A stretch of DNA of 64,000 nt from Candidatus Marsarchaeota archaeon (GCA_023476545.1 JAMCYP010000014.1:2297-66296); one strand, 5' to 3'. Counted from the first letter of the stretch, positions 40,816 to 50,273 are shown. A program made the numbers and translations. Notes: generated from the sequence alone by a model not told the origin.

Positions 40816-41973
40816 TCATTTGCTATCTACTATATCTGCTAATCCTTTTAAATATAAATAGGTTGCCGCATACGTTGGCAGTGTCTTCTCCTCGTTCTTG
40901 TATGGCCCGAACTCCGCGCCATTTATTGTCAGTTTGTATTTAGAGTCGACCTTGACCTTCAGTTCGCCCTCCCTGAAGGCCACCGCCCCCTTCATCGGGT
41001 CGAATATGTCGAGCGCTGCAAGCGACGGCACCTTCTTTGCGATCAACCCAGTACCGCCGTGTATGCTGTTTGGCAGGCGCATGAGGTGTGAGGGGTCGTT
41101 GGTCACGCCCTTGTCTATCCTATTGCCCTGGTTGATGACCTGCCTGCTGAGAAGGTTCTCGAAGACGCTCTCCCTGTTGGGTATGCGCACGAAGTCCCAG
41201 TTTCCTTTCGACACCTCCTCTCGGACCTTTGCCACGTTCCTGAAGATCCACGAAGCAGTGGTCTTGTCTATCCCCAGCGATGTAAGATCCTCCTTGCTGT
41301 GCGCCGCATCCAGGAAGGCCTTTGCGACCTTCCCTCTCCAACCGCCATCGTTCGGCGAGGGACCCATCTGCTTCTCGTGCCTTGCGTCCACGCGCGTGGT
41401 GTAGAAGAATGCGGCGTAGTCGGGCTCATTTCCGAATATGTAGCTGCTTATCTCCTCCCTCGCCGACTTGCTGAGCGAGAGGACGCTCTCTTTCCTTATG
41501 TGCACGTGATAGCCGCGGTTGCCGCTGAAGTTGATCTCCATCTCCCTCTGCGAGAAGCCGAAATCCGGTACAAGGAAGTTCTCTATAAGCTTGATGACTT
41601 CTTCTTTTGCTGCCTTTAGGCACTTGTCGCACGACCACTCTTTACCATGCTCTATCCTGCACGGCAGCTTCACTATGTCTCCGGCGTCGATGTCGAACCT
41701 CAGTTCCGAGCCGAGCCACTCTTTCTTGTCCATCTGTGCTGCGGGGTGCCGGTAGTATGCTGCCGAGTAGTCGACGTGCAGCGGAGCGGAATCTGCCAGA
41801 TAAGAATGCAGCTCGCGTTCGGTGGCAAATGAGGTGTGCCTTACCGCTATCCTGCTCGAGAAGCTGCCAAAGCCGAACTCCCTCTCGGCAAGCCTGTCAG
41901 GGGCCATGTTCAGGGCTTTGGAATAGTAGTTTTTGATCAGGCCTGATACTGTCTTGTTGCCGAAGTCAGACAT
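40816..41973 (-). CDS. priS: DNA primase small (catalytic) subunit PriS
   Basis: REFGF, ELRFDID, FSGNRGYHVH, IDKGVTND..HLMRLPNSIH. Confidence 0.97.
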   Translation of the reverse strand: MSDFGNKTVSGLIKNYYSKALNMAPDRLAEREFGFGSFSSRIAVRHTSFATERELHSYLADSAPLHVDYSAAYYRHPAAQMDKKEWLGSELRFDIDAGDIVKLPCRIEHGKEWSCDKCLKAAKEEVIKLIENFLVPDFGFSQREMEINFSGNRGYHVHIRKESVLSLSKSAREEISSYIFGNEPDYAAFFYTTRVDARHEKQMGPSPNDGGWRGKVAKAFLDAAHSKEDLTSLGIDKTTASWIFRNVAKVREEVSKGNWDFVRIPNRESVFENLLSRQVINQGNRIDKGVTNDPSHLMRLPNSIHGGTGLIAKKVPSLAALDIFDPMKGAVAFREGELKVKVDSKYKLTINGAEFGPYKNEEKTLPTYAATYLYLKGLADIVDSK

Positions 41974-42082
41974 GCGGAAATATTGGCTGGCGAAGTATTT
42001 ATGCTATACGCAGCGTGCACCACCTAGCTGCATCACTGACGCAAGCTCACTGATATAAAAAGGTTAGAAGATAAACCAGCAC

Positions 42083-42439
42083 ATGGACGACGTAAAGCAG
42101 GTCATAGTTGTCAGGAAGGACCTGAAGATGGGGGTGGGAAAAACCGCCGCTCAGTGCGCACATGCCGCGATGCTGAGCTACACGGAAGCGCTGAAGAAGG
42201 ACAAAGCTATCGTCAACGCCTGGTTTCAGAGCGGCCAGAAGAAGATAGTGCTCGAAGGCGACGACGAGAAGATGCTAGAAAAACTTTACAAGGCATTCCA
42301 GTATGAGAATGTGCCGTGCGCGCTTGTAAACGATGCTGGTTTAACTCAGCTGCCTCCAGGAACCACGACGGCGCTGGGAATAGGGCCAGATATCGCGGCA
42401 AAGATAGACAAGTTCACCAAACCGCTAAAGCTTCTTTGA
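42083..42439 (+). CDS. pth2: Peptidyl-tRNA hydrolase Pth2
   Basis: KQVIVVRKDLKMG.GK.AAQCAHA, DAGLTQLPPGT. Confidence 0.98.
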   Translation: MDDVKQVIVVRKDLKMGVGKTAAQCAHAAMLSYTEALKKDKAIVNAWFQSGQKKIVLEGDDEKMLEKLYKAFQYENVPCALVNDAGLTQLPPGTTTALGIGPDIAAKIDKFTKPLKLL

Positions 42440-42462
42440 TACACTATTTTAATAAATGCCGA

Positions 42463-43416
42463 ATGGCACTAAGTATCTGTGGGATCTTGAAAGGCAAAAA
42501 AATAATAATTACTGGCGGGGCGGGATTTGTAGGCAGCAACGTTGTGGAAGAGCTTGCAAAGGACAACCAGGTGCTGGTGCTCGATAATCTGCACACAGGA
42601 AATGTGCTCAACATAGATGCGTTCCTTAAAAACGAGAAGGTAACATTCAAGCAGCTAGATGTATCTGACATAGCCAAGTGCGCATTTGTACCGGACGTGA
42701 TATTTCATCTAGGCATGTATTCTTCGACTCCGATGTACAAGGAAGATCGTAATCTTGTGCATAAGGTGATTGATGGGGCGATACAGGTTCTGGAATTTGC
42801 CAAGGACACCAAGGCAAGAGTGGTCATCGCGTCATCATCCTCCGTATATAATGGCCATCCCGTGCCTCAAAAAGAGGACATGGTGCCCAAGGTGACTGAT
42901 TTTTACACAGAAGCAAGGTATGAAGTTGAGCGGCTGGCTGAACTCTACAATAAGATATTTGGAGTTGGAACTATTTGCATGCGATTTTTCTCTGTCTATG
43001 GTCCGAGGGAAAAAAGCAAAGGAAGATTCGCAAACCTCATCTCTCAGTTCATATGGGACTTGCAGGATGGAAAGGATCCGGTAATATATGGAGACGGACA
43101 ACAGACCCGTGACTTCATCTATGTCAAGGACATTGTTGCTGCGCTGGTTACCGCAGCAGAATCTGACAAGACTGGAGTGTACAATGTTGGCACAGGCAAA
43201 AGCCATACCATAAATGAGATGCTGAAGAAGCTTGGTGAGCAGATGGGCAAGAAGGTGACGCCCAAGTACATAGAGACTCCGTTCAGCAACTATGTGATGC
43301 ACACGTGCGCAGACATGAGCAAGACCAAACGTGAACTGGGTTTTGTCGCAGAACATTCGCTTGATGAAGGCATAAAAATTACTATAGAACACAACCTCAA
43401 GCAAGAGAACAGATAG
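42463..43416 (+). CDS. NAD-dependent nucleotide-sugar epimerase/dehydratase (extended SDR)
   Basis: TGGAGFVGS, ASSSSVY, YTEAR (YxxxR variant), RFFSVYGP, GDGQQTRDF. Confidence 0.93.
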   Translation: MALSICGILKGKKIIITGGAGFVGSNVVEELAKDNQVLVLDNLHTGNVLNIDAFLKNEKVTFKQLDVSDIAKCAFVPDVIFHLGMYSSTPMYKEDRNLVHKVIDGAIQVLEFAKDTKARVVIASSSSVYNGHPVPQKEDMVPKVTDFYTEARYEVERLAELYNKIFGVGTICMRFFSVYGPREKSKGRFANLISQFIWDLQDGKDPVIYGDGQQTRDFIYVKDIVAALVTAAESDKTGVYNVGTGKSHTINEMLKKLGEQMGKKVTPKYIETPFSNYVMHTCADMSKTKRELGFVAEHSLDEGIKITIEHNLKQENR

Positions 43417-43421
43417 CGAAG

Positions 43422-43778
43422 GTGCACTTTGTGCTAAGCAAAAAGGTCGTAGACGTCAGGCCGTGGGGATCGGAAGATTGGTTCGTGACAAACGAAAAGT
43501 GCACGGTGAAGCTCCTTTATGTGAAGAAGGGGAAGCGCAACAGCTACCAGTACCACAACAACCGCGAGTCTGAGTTCTGGCACATTGTTTCCGGACAGGT
43601 GCTGGTTACCCTGGACGACAAGGAGCTGACTCTTGGGCAAGGAGAAGATATAATGGTGCCAAAGCGGGCAAAACACAGGTTCTATGGAATAACAGACGCA
43701 ACCATTCTTGAGATAATAAGCGGAGAGTTTGACGAACGTGATATCGTCAGGCTTCAGGACGACTTCAGCAGGAAGTAG
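43422..43778 (+). CDS. Mannose-6-phosphate isomerase-like cupin (type II C-terminal domain)
   Basis: RPWG, SYQYH..RESEFW, KHR, DIVRLQDDFSR. Confidence 0.9.
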   Translation: MHFVLSKKVVDVRPWGSEDWFVTNEKCTVKLLYVKKGKRNSYQYHNNRESEFWHIVSGQVLVTLDDKELTLGQGEDIMVPKRAKHRFYGITDATILEIISGEFDERDIVRLQDDFSRK

Positions 43779-44693
43779 TCACGTCACGTAGGTAAGCCAG
43801 CTGGAGAAGTCATCATTACTTCCAGAGACAACCTCGTCATACGCATCAAGAAGCATCTTTGTCACAGGTCCCGTCATCCCGGTGCCTACCTTTCTTGAGT
43901 CGATCTTAACTATCGGCGTAAGCTCTGCGGCTGTGCCCGTGAAGAAGAGTTCGTCGCTGGTGTAGAGCTCTTCCCTGTGGACCTCGCGCTCCTCTACCAC
44001 GAGCCCCTCGGCTTCGGCTATCTTTATGATGCTGTCGCGTGTTATCCCGAGCAGTATGTCAGCCGTTTTGGATGGCGTGACGAGCTTGCCGTTTTGGACA
44101 AGGAAGATGTTCTCCCCCGGCCCTTCTGCGACGTAACCGTCGTGAGAAAGAAGCACGGCTTCGTCGGCTCCGTCCTTCTTCGCTTCCATAGAGGCGAGTA
44201 TAGAGTTGAGGTAGTTGCCGCTCCCCTTGGCCTCGGGAGGCATTATCAGCGAGTTTATCCTCTGCCATGAGGACACCTTGCACCTTATTCCCTTGTCCTT
44301 TCCTGTGAAATAGTTCCCGAAGGGAACCGCGGCTACCGCCACGCTTACCTTCTTGCCCATTGGATTTAGGCCTATGTGCTGGTCATTATAGAAGCCGAAG
44401 GGCCGTATATAACATGAGTCGAGCTCGTTCTTTGAGACAGTACTCAGAATTGCCTTCTCAAGTTCCTTCTCTTTGATGCTCAGCGGCATGCCATAGATCT
44501 CGGCAGTGCGGAAGAACCTCTTGGCGTGGTCCTCTAGCCTGAATATCGCCGGGCCCTTGGCCGTTTTGTAGGCGCGTATGCCTTCGAAGATGCCGCTTCC
44601 GTACTGGAGGGAGTGCGTCAGGAGGTGCACCTTCGCGTCCTGGAATGCGACAAACTTGCCGTCAAGCCATATGTAAGACTTCGCATCTTTCAT
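43779..44693 (-). CDS. ilvE: Branched-chain amino acid aminotransferase
   Basis: HSLQYGSGIFEGIRAY, AKGSGNY, EGPGENIF, LLGITR, GTAAE. Confidence 0.97.
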   Translation of the reverse strand: MKDAKSYIWLDGKFVAFQDAKVHLLTHSLQYGSGIFEGIRAYKTAKGPAIFRLEDHAKRFFRTAEIYGMPLSIKEKELEKAILSTVSKNELDSCYIRPFGFYNDQHIGLNPMGKKVSVAVAAVPFGNYFTGKDKGIRCKVSSWQRINSLIMPPEAKGSGNYLNSILASMEAKKDGADEAVLLSHDGYVAEGPGENIFLVQNGKLVTPSKTADILLGITRDSIIKIAEAEGLVVEEREVHREELYTSDELFFTGTAAELTPIVKIDSRKVGTGMTGPVTKMLLDAYDEVVSGSNDDFSSWLTYVT

Positions 44694-44728
44694 GCTATAC
44701 TTTCGCAAAGCAAATTTAAAATACGCGC

Positions 44729-45079
44729 TTAGAGTAGGGGGCCAAGTCTGACTCCGGAGAGCGGATTATTCCGCCCTCCAGTTCCGCTCTTCCTCGCGTC
44801 GCTTATGTACGCGCGGAATGCCTCCAGTCCCTTGTCGGTCATCCTGAGAGGCTTCTGCTCTTCCCCTCTTTCTGTGAATTCCACCACACCCTTATCCTTG
44901 AGTTTCTTCAAGCAGTACCACGCTCCGCTGCGCGATATCTCATAGCGGTCGCACATGTACTCCACGAAACTCGTGGCCGTGGAGCCCCAATCCATTCCTA
45001 TCTCAGCGAGGACCTGCGCCTCCTTGCCGCTAAGTCGGAGCACTTCAAGAGTATAACTACTAGTTCGACCCACTTGCAT
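44729..45079 (-). CDS. Winged-helix DNA-binding protein
   Basis: ISRSGAWYCLKKLKDKGVVEF...LRMTDKG. Confidence 0.8.
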   Translation of the reverse strand: MQVGRTSSYTLEVLRLSGKEAQVLAEIGMDWGSTATSFVEYMCDRYEISRSGAWYCLKKLKDKGVVEFTERGEEQKPLRMTDKGLEAFRAYISDARKSGTGGRNNPLSGVRLGPLL

Positions 45080-45289
45080 AAGAGCACCAGGAAGAAAGAC
45101 AGACCGTGGCCCTTACGCCGTGGGCTTAATATTAATTACAAAGCCGCATGTCAGAGGCATGCTTGTGGCTATCCTTGAGAATGAGCCGTACCACAGCATT
45201 GTTCTCTCGCGTCTTTGCATTCGAACACAGTAATTTAACTATTCTCGGTTAATCATATTTAAATCTTTTGTACTGATATTCGTGAGCCT

Positions 45290-46141
45290 ATGGATTACGC
45301 TACAACCGTTTCGTTGCTGTCACTCATAGCGATATCAGTGATGTACGCAGCCTTTGACGTCTTCAATAAGAGGAATGTGCCAGACGTCTTCGCATACGCG
45401 AGCGTGGCTGTTGGCATAGCCATAACATTGGCCTTCCACCAGAGCGAGCTTGTCTTCAGCCTAATAGTGGCACTTATAGTCGGCACCATAGGCTATGTGG
45501 TCTACAGGCTAGGCCTCTGGGGTGCGGGAGACTATTTTGAGCTCGTTGCGATAAGCCTGATCCTTCCTGTGCAGCCAGCACCGCTGTTCTTCGGAGTGGC
45601 GCAGCTTGGCCTGCCTTTCATACTGTCTGTTTTTGTTGGCACCGGATTTGCCGCGATATGGATAGTGCCGATATACTACCTCTTCTTCATGAAGAGGGCT
45701 TGGGTGAAGAAGCCAGACGCAAAGCACGTGTACTATGGCCTGTCACTGTTCGTCCTCTACATGCTTCTGCTCCTCTTCATATACTACTTCTACGGATATG
45801 CCCTGGGCAGGCTTGCGCTTATAATGATAGTCGCTGTGCCCTCTGCCCTGACCTTGGTGTTCGAGGAAGAGATCACATCCAGGATGGTCGAAAGGATACC
45901 GACAAAGAAGCTGGAGGAGGGCGACATCATTGCATTCAACATGATGAGCAAGAACGAGATGCGCTACTTCTCCAAGTACTCCGGATTCGGAAGGCTTGCG
46001 ACCCGCAGCCTGATAGCCCGGATAAAGAACGCGAAGATGCAGCTGCCTGTGTATAGGAACGCCGCGCCGCTCGCCCTGTTCATACTGATAGGAATAGGTG
46101 TGTCGCTTTTCTTCGGAAATGTGGTCCTCTTTATGGTGTAG
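45290..46141 (+). CDS. Prepilin/prearchaellin peptidase (A24, PibD/FlaK-like)
   Basis: FD...R.VPD first Asp motif, WGAGD (GxGD), multiple TMs, PLALFILIG C-terminus. Confidence 0.88.
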   Translation: MDYATTVSLLSLIAISVMYAAFDVFNKRNVPDVFAYASVAVGIAITLAFHQSELVFSLIVALIVGTIGYVVYRLGLWGAGDYFELVAISLILPVQPAPLFFGVAQLGLPFILSVFVGTGFAAIWIVPIYYLFFMKRAWVKKPDAKHVYYGLSLFVLYMLLLLFIYYFYGYALGRLALIMIVAVPSALTLVFEEEITSRMVERIPTKKLEEGDIIAFNMMSKNEMRYFSKYSGFGRLATRSLIARIKNAKMQLPVYRNAAPLALFILIGIGVSLFFGNVVLFMV

Positions 46142-47014
46142 TCAGTACACCAGATTCAGCAGCTCCTCTTCCGACTCTACTGTCTTCATGTCGTTCTTGC
46201 CCACAATAGGCACCCCCATCACCTTCCCCTTCTTCTTGCTGCTGATGAAAAACGGATAGTTGTTCTGGAATGTATCCCTTATGGCATTGAAGAGCTCTGC
46301 TCGTTTTACCAGCGTCCGAAAGTTTGCATCAAGGCTTATCTCGAAGTAGTTGCGGTCCTTGGCCACTATGTCAAAAGGAGGATGCATGAGCCGCAAAGCC
46401 CGCAGCCCTGTATTTTCGAGCAGACCTGCCTTTGGCTGCTCTTTTGAATTGTTGCCCGCGCTCTCATCGGCGCGTACTGTTCCGAGCACGCGCTCCAGTC
46501 GGGAAACTGTCGCAATAGAGGCGTAGTCTGTCTCCTTTTCGTGCTTGTATAGCGTAGAGCTTGAAACAGAGACGCGGCGTGCCAGTTCTGTTACAGACAT
46601 CCCGGACATCTTACGCAGCGCATGCAGCCTGCTGCCTTCTATCTTTACTTTTATGCCAACTGATTTTGATGCAACCAGGGTCCTGTCTCCTGAAGCCACC
46701 TCGGCAAGCATCTCTGGAGAGATGCATCTTATCGAGAATCGATAGTAGCTTACCCCGCGCTCCAGCTTGCTCTTCTTTGATGCTTCCCCGACAACCAAAG
46801 GCTCTGCGCCCATGAACTGAGAAAGCCTGGAAAGCGCAACGGCCTCCTTCTTGGTTATGGAATCGATGTTGCGCACTGCCTTGATTATGAACTTGCCTCC
46901 AGGTCCCTCGGCAAACAGGTCCACGAAGGTATGCATGTTGCTGGCCAGTACAGTGGCGAAGCCGCTCGATGATAGCTCGCGCTCGGCGTCCTTCGCTATG
47001 CGGTCCCTTTTCAT
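46142..47014 (-). CDS. Archaeal HTH transcriptional regulator (COG1395-like)
   Basis: IKAVRNIDS, central Xre HTH (MSVTELARRVSVSSSTLYKHE), PPFDIVAK. Confidence 0.85.
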   Translation of the reverse strand: MKRDRIAKDAERELSSSGFATVLASNMHTFVDLFAEGPGGKFIIKAVRNIDSITKKEAVALSRLSQFMGAEPLVVGEASKKSKLERGVSYYRFSIRCISPEMLAEVASGDRTLVASKSVGIKVKIEGSRLHALRKMSGMSVTELARRVSVSSSTLYKHEKETDYASIATVSRLERVLGTVRADESAGNNSKEQPKAGLLENTGLRALRLMHPPFDIVAKDRNYFEISLDANFRTLVKRAELFNAIRDTFQNNYPFFISSKKKGKVMGVPIVGKNDMKTVESEEELLNLVY

Positions 47015-47029
47015 AACAACACATTGCTG

Positions 47030-47743
47030 CTAAAGGCTTTTATCATGTGTTGACGGTGCTGCTGGCGTCAGGCTCTGGAAAAGAAAAGCGTGATTGGTCT
47101 CAGTGTAGAACCTGTTGAAAGGAACGAATCCGGCATCGTGCATCATTCCGATAATCTCTATAGGAGAGTAGTACCTGTAAAAGGTCTGGTAGCTGCGGCC
47201 CTCTCCAAGCCACACTCCATCCCTGCACTCCCTGCCTTGTGCGCGGAGTTTTGCATAACGGTCATCATCTCTGAGCCAGAACACAAGCGCGAACTTCCCA
47301 TCGCGAAGTTTGTCGTGGAGGAGCCCCATAACCGAGGCGCGTTCGCTCTCGTACGGCATCGTCGCTATAACGTTCACCAGCATCGCTAGGTCATATCGCC
47401 GTTCATCGTCTTTGAACTGCGCTGGCGTAAGCCTCCTGAAAGCACCATCGTGGCGTTGGCAGAGGGCATAGTTGCTGCGCGTTACGGGGTTGGAATCAAG
47501 GCGGTCGAACTCTACCGCGCAGAGCGTCTTGCCCATAGTGAGCACAAAGGGATCGTTCTTCAGCTTTCCAGCTCCGAAATCAACGACGTCGTTTATATCG
47601 AGAGCTCTGTTGGTGAGGACATCACGGAGAACCGTTCTGATCCCTCTGCCCATGTGCGACGCTGCTGATTTAGTTACGTCAATCTCTATCTCCTTCCGAT
47701 GGCCGTGATCCATAACGGTAAGATTATACAGAGGGCCTGACAA
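47030..47743 (-). CDS. Class I SAM-dependent methyltransferase
   Basis: VVDFGAGK motif I, YDLAMLVNVI...ER, DG...TFYRYYS. Confidence 0.85.
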   Translation of the reverse strand: MSGPLYNLTVMDHGHRKEIEIDVTKSAASHMGRGIRTVLRDVLTNRALDINDVVDFGAGKLKNDPFVLTMGKTLCAVEFDRLDSNPVTRSNYALCQRHDGAFRRLTPAQFKDDERRYDLAMLVNVIATMPYESERASVMGLLHDKLRDGKFALVFWLRDDDRYAKLRAQGRECRDGVWLGEGRSYQTFYRYYSPIEIIGMMHDAGFVPFNRFYTETNHAFLFQSLTPAAPSTHDKSL

Positions 47744-47758
47744 AGTGATGCACCATGC

Positions 47759-48118
47759 CTATTCAATGTGGTTGGGCAGGTCAGCGAGTTTCTTGTCAAG
47801 CTTGCCCCTGGCTATCATCTCCTCTGTGTGTATCGCTCCGGCGATGTTCCACATGGCCTGAGCCAGGTGATCCTCATCGCGCTTTCCTTCTATGTGCTGG
47901 TTGATATGCCGAAGAGCAGAGTCAAGAAACCGCGATACCGGCATACCCTTCTCCCAATTTCTTTCACCGTACTTCTGCGCTCCTTTTTCATATATTATCG
48001 CCAGCCTGCGGAGGGCAGTGTTGGGTATAAGATCATACCTTCCTTTCCCATCGCGCGAATCACGATGGGCCCCCGAAACAAAAACCTGCTTCTTCCCAGA
48101 ATCTTTCAGATCAGACAC
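47759..48118 (-). CDS. dATP/dGTP diphosphohydrolase domain protein (DUF5664-like)
   Basis: GAHRD..DGKGRYDLIP, GAQKYGERNWEKG, DSALRH, EDHLAQAMWN. Confidence 0.88.
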   Translation of the reverse strand: MSDLKDSGKKQVFVSGAHRDSRDGKGRYDLIPNTALRRLAIIYEKGAQKYGERNWEKGMPVSRFLDSALRHINQHIEGKRDEDHLAQAMWNIAGAIHTEEMIARGKLDKKLADLPNHIE

Positions 48119-48180
48119 AACAACCCCTAATAAGAGAAGAGAGTTTGAAATATAAACGCGACGGGATTTTGTGTTGAGTT

Positions 48181-48255
48181 TGCTCCCACCGGGATTTGAA
48201 CCCGGGTTACAGGGTTGAAAGCCCTATGTCCTTGGCCGGACTAGACGATGGGAGC
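48181..48255 (-). tRNA. tRNA-Glu (UUC)
   Basis: GCTCCCA/TGGGAGC+A, anticodon arm TAGGG-CTTTCAA-CCCTG, T loop TTCAAAT. Confidence 0.96.
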
Positions 48256-48288
48256 CGGCATATACTCGGCTCTTGGCTTATTTATTGC

Positions 48289-48891
48289 TTACCTTCTCGC
48301 AAGAAACTTGTCGACTATGTCGGCGACTTCCCTGCTCGTCTCGGCCACGTCCTGCTCCCCGTTCACCATCCTGAATCTGAACCTCTTGGCGAGATTAAGG
48401 TACGCCTTCCTCACCTTTCCCAGCGTCTCCCTCTTCTCGAAGAGCTCGCGCTTCTCCCTCCCGCTGCCTATCCTGGACATTGAGATGTCTGGGCTTATGT
48501 CTATGAATATGGTCAGGTCGGGCATCCGGAACTCCCGGTTAACGTTGAAGAGCCAGTGCGTGTCCACCCCTGCCGCGAAACCGTACGCGAGCGTGGAGAA
48601 CATGTACCTGTCGCAGATCACTATCCTGTCCTTGTCCAGCGCGGGCTCTATCTCATCCTCCAGGTGCCTCGCCCTGTCGGCGCAGAACAGCAGCTGCAGT
48701 GACTTGAACGATGTGTTCCAGTTCTCCTTGAGCGCGGCGCGTATCATGCCGCCTATCAGCCCAGTGGTGGGCTCCTTGGTAAGAAGCGTCTTGTAGCCCT
48801 GCTGCCTCAGGCGTGTTTCTAGATACGTCGCCTGGGTGGATATGCCAGACCCGTCCAATCCTTCGAGAACGATGAATGCTCCGCGCTTCAC
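48289..48891 (-). CDS. tmk: Thymidylate kinase paralog 1 (P-loop Lys replaced by Ile)
   Basis: FIVLEGLDGSGISTQ, KEPT, LLFCADR, CDRY..STLAY, PDLTIFID; GTG start at 48891. Confidence 0.92.
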   Translation of the reverse strand: MKRGAFIVLEGLDGSGISTQATYLETRLRQQGYKTLLTKEPTTGLIGGMIRAALKENWNTSFKSLQLLFCADRARHLEDEIEPALDKDRIVICDRYMFSTLAYGFAAGVDTHWLFNVNREFRMPDLTIFIDISPDISMSRIGSGREKRELFEKRETLGKVRKAYLNLAKRFRFRMVNGEQDVAETSREVADIVDKFLARR

Positions 48892-49046
48892 AGTATCCCC
48901 GATACTGTTGAAGACTTCGGAAAACAGTTTAATAAACATGCATAGGAGATTCGTTTATATCGGTTGTTTTACGCGCAGAAAAAAAGTCAACAGCAAGCAG
49001 TAAAAACATCAACCATCAACTATTCTGGATTCTTCGAGGTGTTTTT

Positions 49047-49691
49047 ATCGGGGGGCTTCTGATTGCTATGGAGGGGGCGGACGGCGTAGGCAAACACACC
49101 CAGGTGACAATGCTTGAGAGCGGCCTCAGGGAAGAGGGACACAGCGTGAAGCTTCACGGCTTCCCCAACTACTCCTCGGTGTTTGGACGCGTGATAAGGG
49201 ACCGCCTGACTGGAAGCGTAAAGATGAGCAACAAGGGGTCGTTCTTGATGTACCTTGGAGACATGGTGGAAGACGCACCGATGATCGAAAAGTGGCTGGA
49301 TGAGGGCCACACGGTGCTAGTGGACAGGTACAACCTAAGCACAATAGCCTATGGGGTGGCAAACGGATTCGACTATGATGATGCCAAGAAGGTTGAGGAG
49401 ACGTTCAACCTCCCGCGCCCGAACCTTGTCATCTACATAGACATGCCTGTGGAAAGGTCGATGCTGCTGAAGGCGAGACAGCGGTCCCTGGAGCAAGACA
49501 AGGCTGACATATACGAGTCAAACAGGAAATTGCAGGAGAACGTCAAGCCGGTGTATGAGAGAATGTTTTCGGAGAGCCTTTTTGCAGACAAATGGGTGAA
49601 GATTGACGGTAGCGGATCGATCGAGGAGGTGCATAAATCCATAATGAACGCCGTTAACTCCATGTTCACAATCAACAAGCTCAGGTACTGA
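49047..49691 (+). CDS. tmk: Thymidylate kinase-like paralog 2, probable ATC start
   Basis: (I)GGLLIAMEGADGVGKHTQ, FPNY, VDRY..STIAY, PRPNLVIYID; GAGGTG SD 5 nt before an in-frame ATC. Confidence 0.88.
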   Translation: MGGLLIAMEGADGVGKHTQVTMLESGLREEGHSVKLHGFPNYSSVFGRVIRDRLTGSVKMSNKGSFLMYLGDMVEDAPMIEKWLDEGHTVLVDRYNLSTIAYGVANGFDYDDAKKVEETFNLPRPNLVIYIDMPVERSMLLKARQRSLEQDKADIYESNRKLQENVKPVYERMFSESLFADKWVKIDGSGSIEEVHKSIMNAVNSMFTINKLRY

Positions 49692-49699
49692 CCCAAAGG

Positions 49700-50185
49700 T
49701 CACTGGTCGGGATACTCCTCAACCTTGTCCTCCATATACACTATCGGTATCTTCGCCTGCCTGAAGAACTCGCGTGTCAGCTTCGCAGCGTGGTACTTCT
49801 TCTGGCAGACCACGCGCGTCGCGCCGGCGTTTATCAGCATCTTCGTGCACGTGAAGCACGGCTCGAACTTCACGTAGAGCGTGGATCCCTCGACCGAGAT
49901 GCCATGCAGCGCGGCCTGCAGTATTGCATTCTGCTCCGCGTGTATCGTCCTTATGCAGTGCTTCGAGATCGTGCCGTCGGGATTGACCTCGTCGCTCATG
50001 AGGTGGCCAACCTCGTCGCAGTGCGGCATGCCCCTCGGGGAGCCCACGTAGCCGGTGGTGAGTATCCTCTTGTCCTTCACCAGCACGGCGCCGTTCCTGC
50101 CCCTGTCGCAGGTGCCCCTCGTTCCTACCACGTGCGCGATGTTTAGGAAGTACTCGTCCCACGAAGGTCTCTTGTACTCTGCCAT
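49700..50185 (-). CDS. dCMP deaminase (ComEB family)
   Basis: RPSWDEYF, HAEQNA, PCFTC zinc motifs. Confidence 0.96.
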   Translation of the reverse strand: MAEYKRPSWDEYFLNIAHVVGTRGTCDRGRNGAVLVKDKRILTTGYVGSPRGMPHCDEVGHLMSDEVNPDGTISKHCIRTIHAEQNAILQAALHGISVEGSTLYVKFEPCFTCTKMLINAGATRVVCQKKYHAAKLTREFFRQAKIPIVYMEDKVEEYPDQ

Positions 50186-50273
50186 AGAACCACAAGAGAG
50201 ATTATTTGCAAAAAAGAGCTTTAAAGAGCTGAGGCTAGAACTTTTATCTTGGGAACAGTCCGAAGTCTACGGA

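Noticed and set aside
47015..48200. att-site duplication bounding the tRNA-Glu islet
   Set aside because: Only a 5-nt match (TTGCT) was seen and there is no integrase.
47030..50185. Complete 2-aminoadenine (Z-genome) pathway or AvcID-type defence system
   Set aside because: No PurZ in the window; the deaminase is a stand-alone ComEB type, convergent with rather than fused to a kinase.
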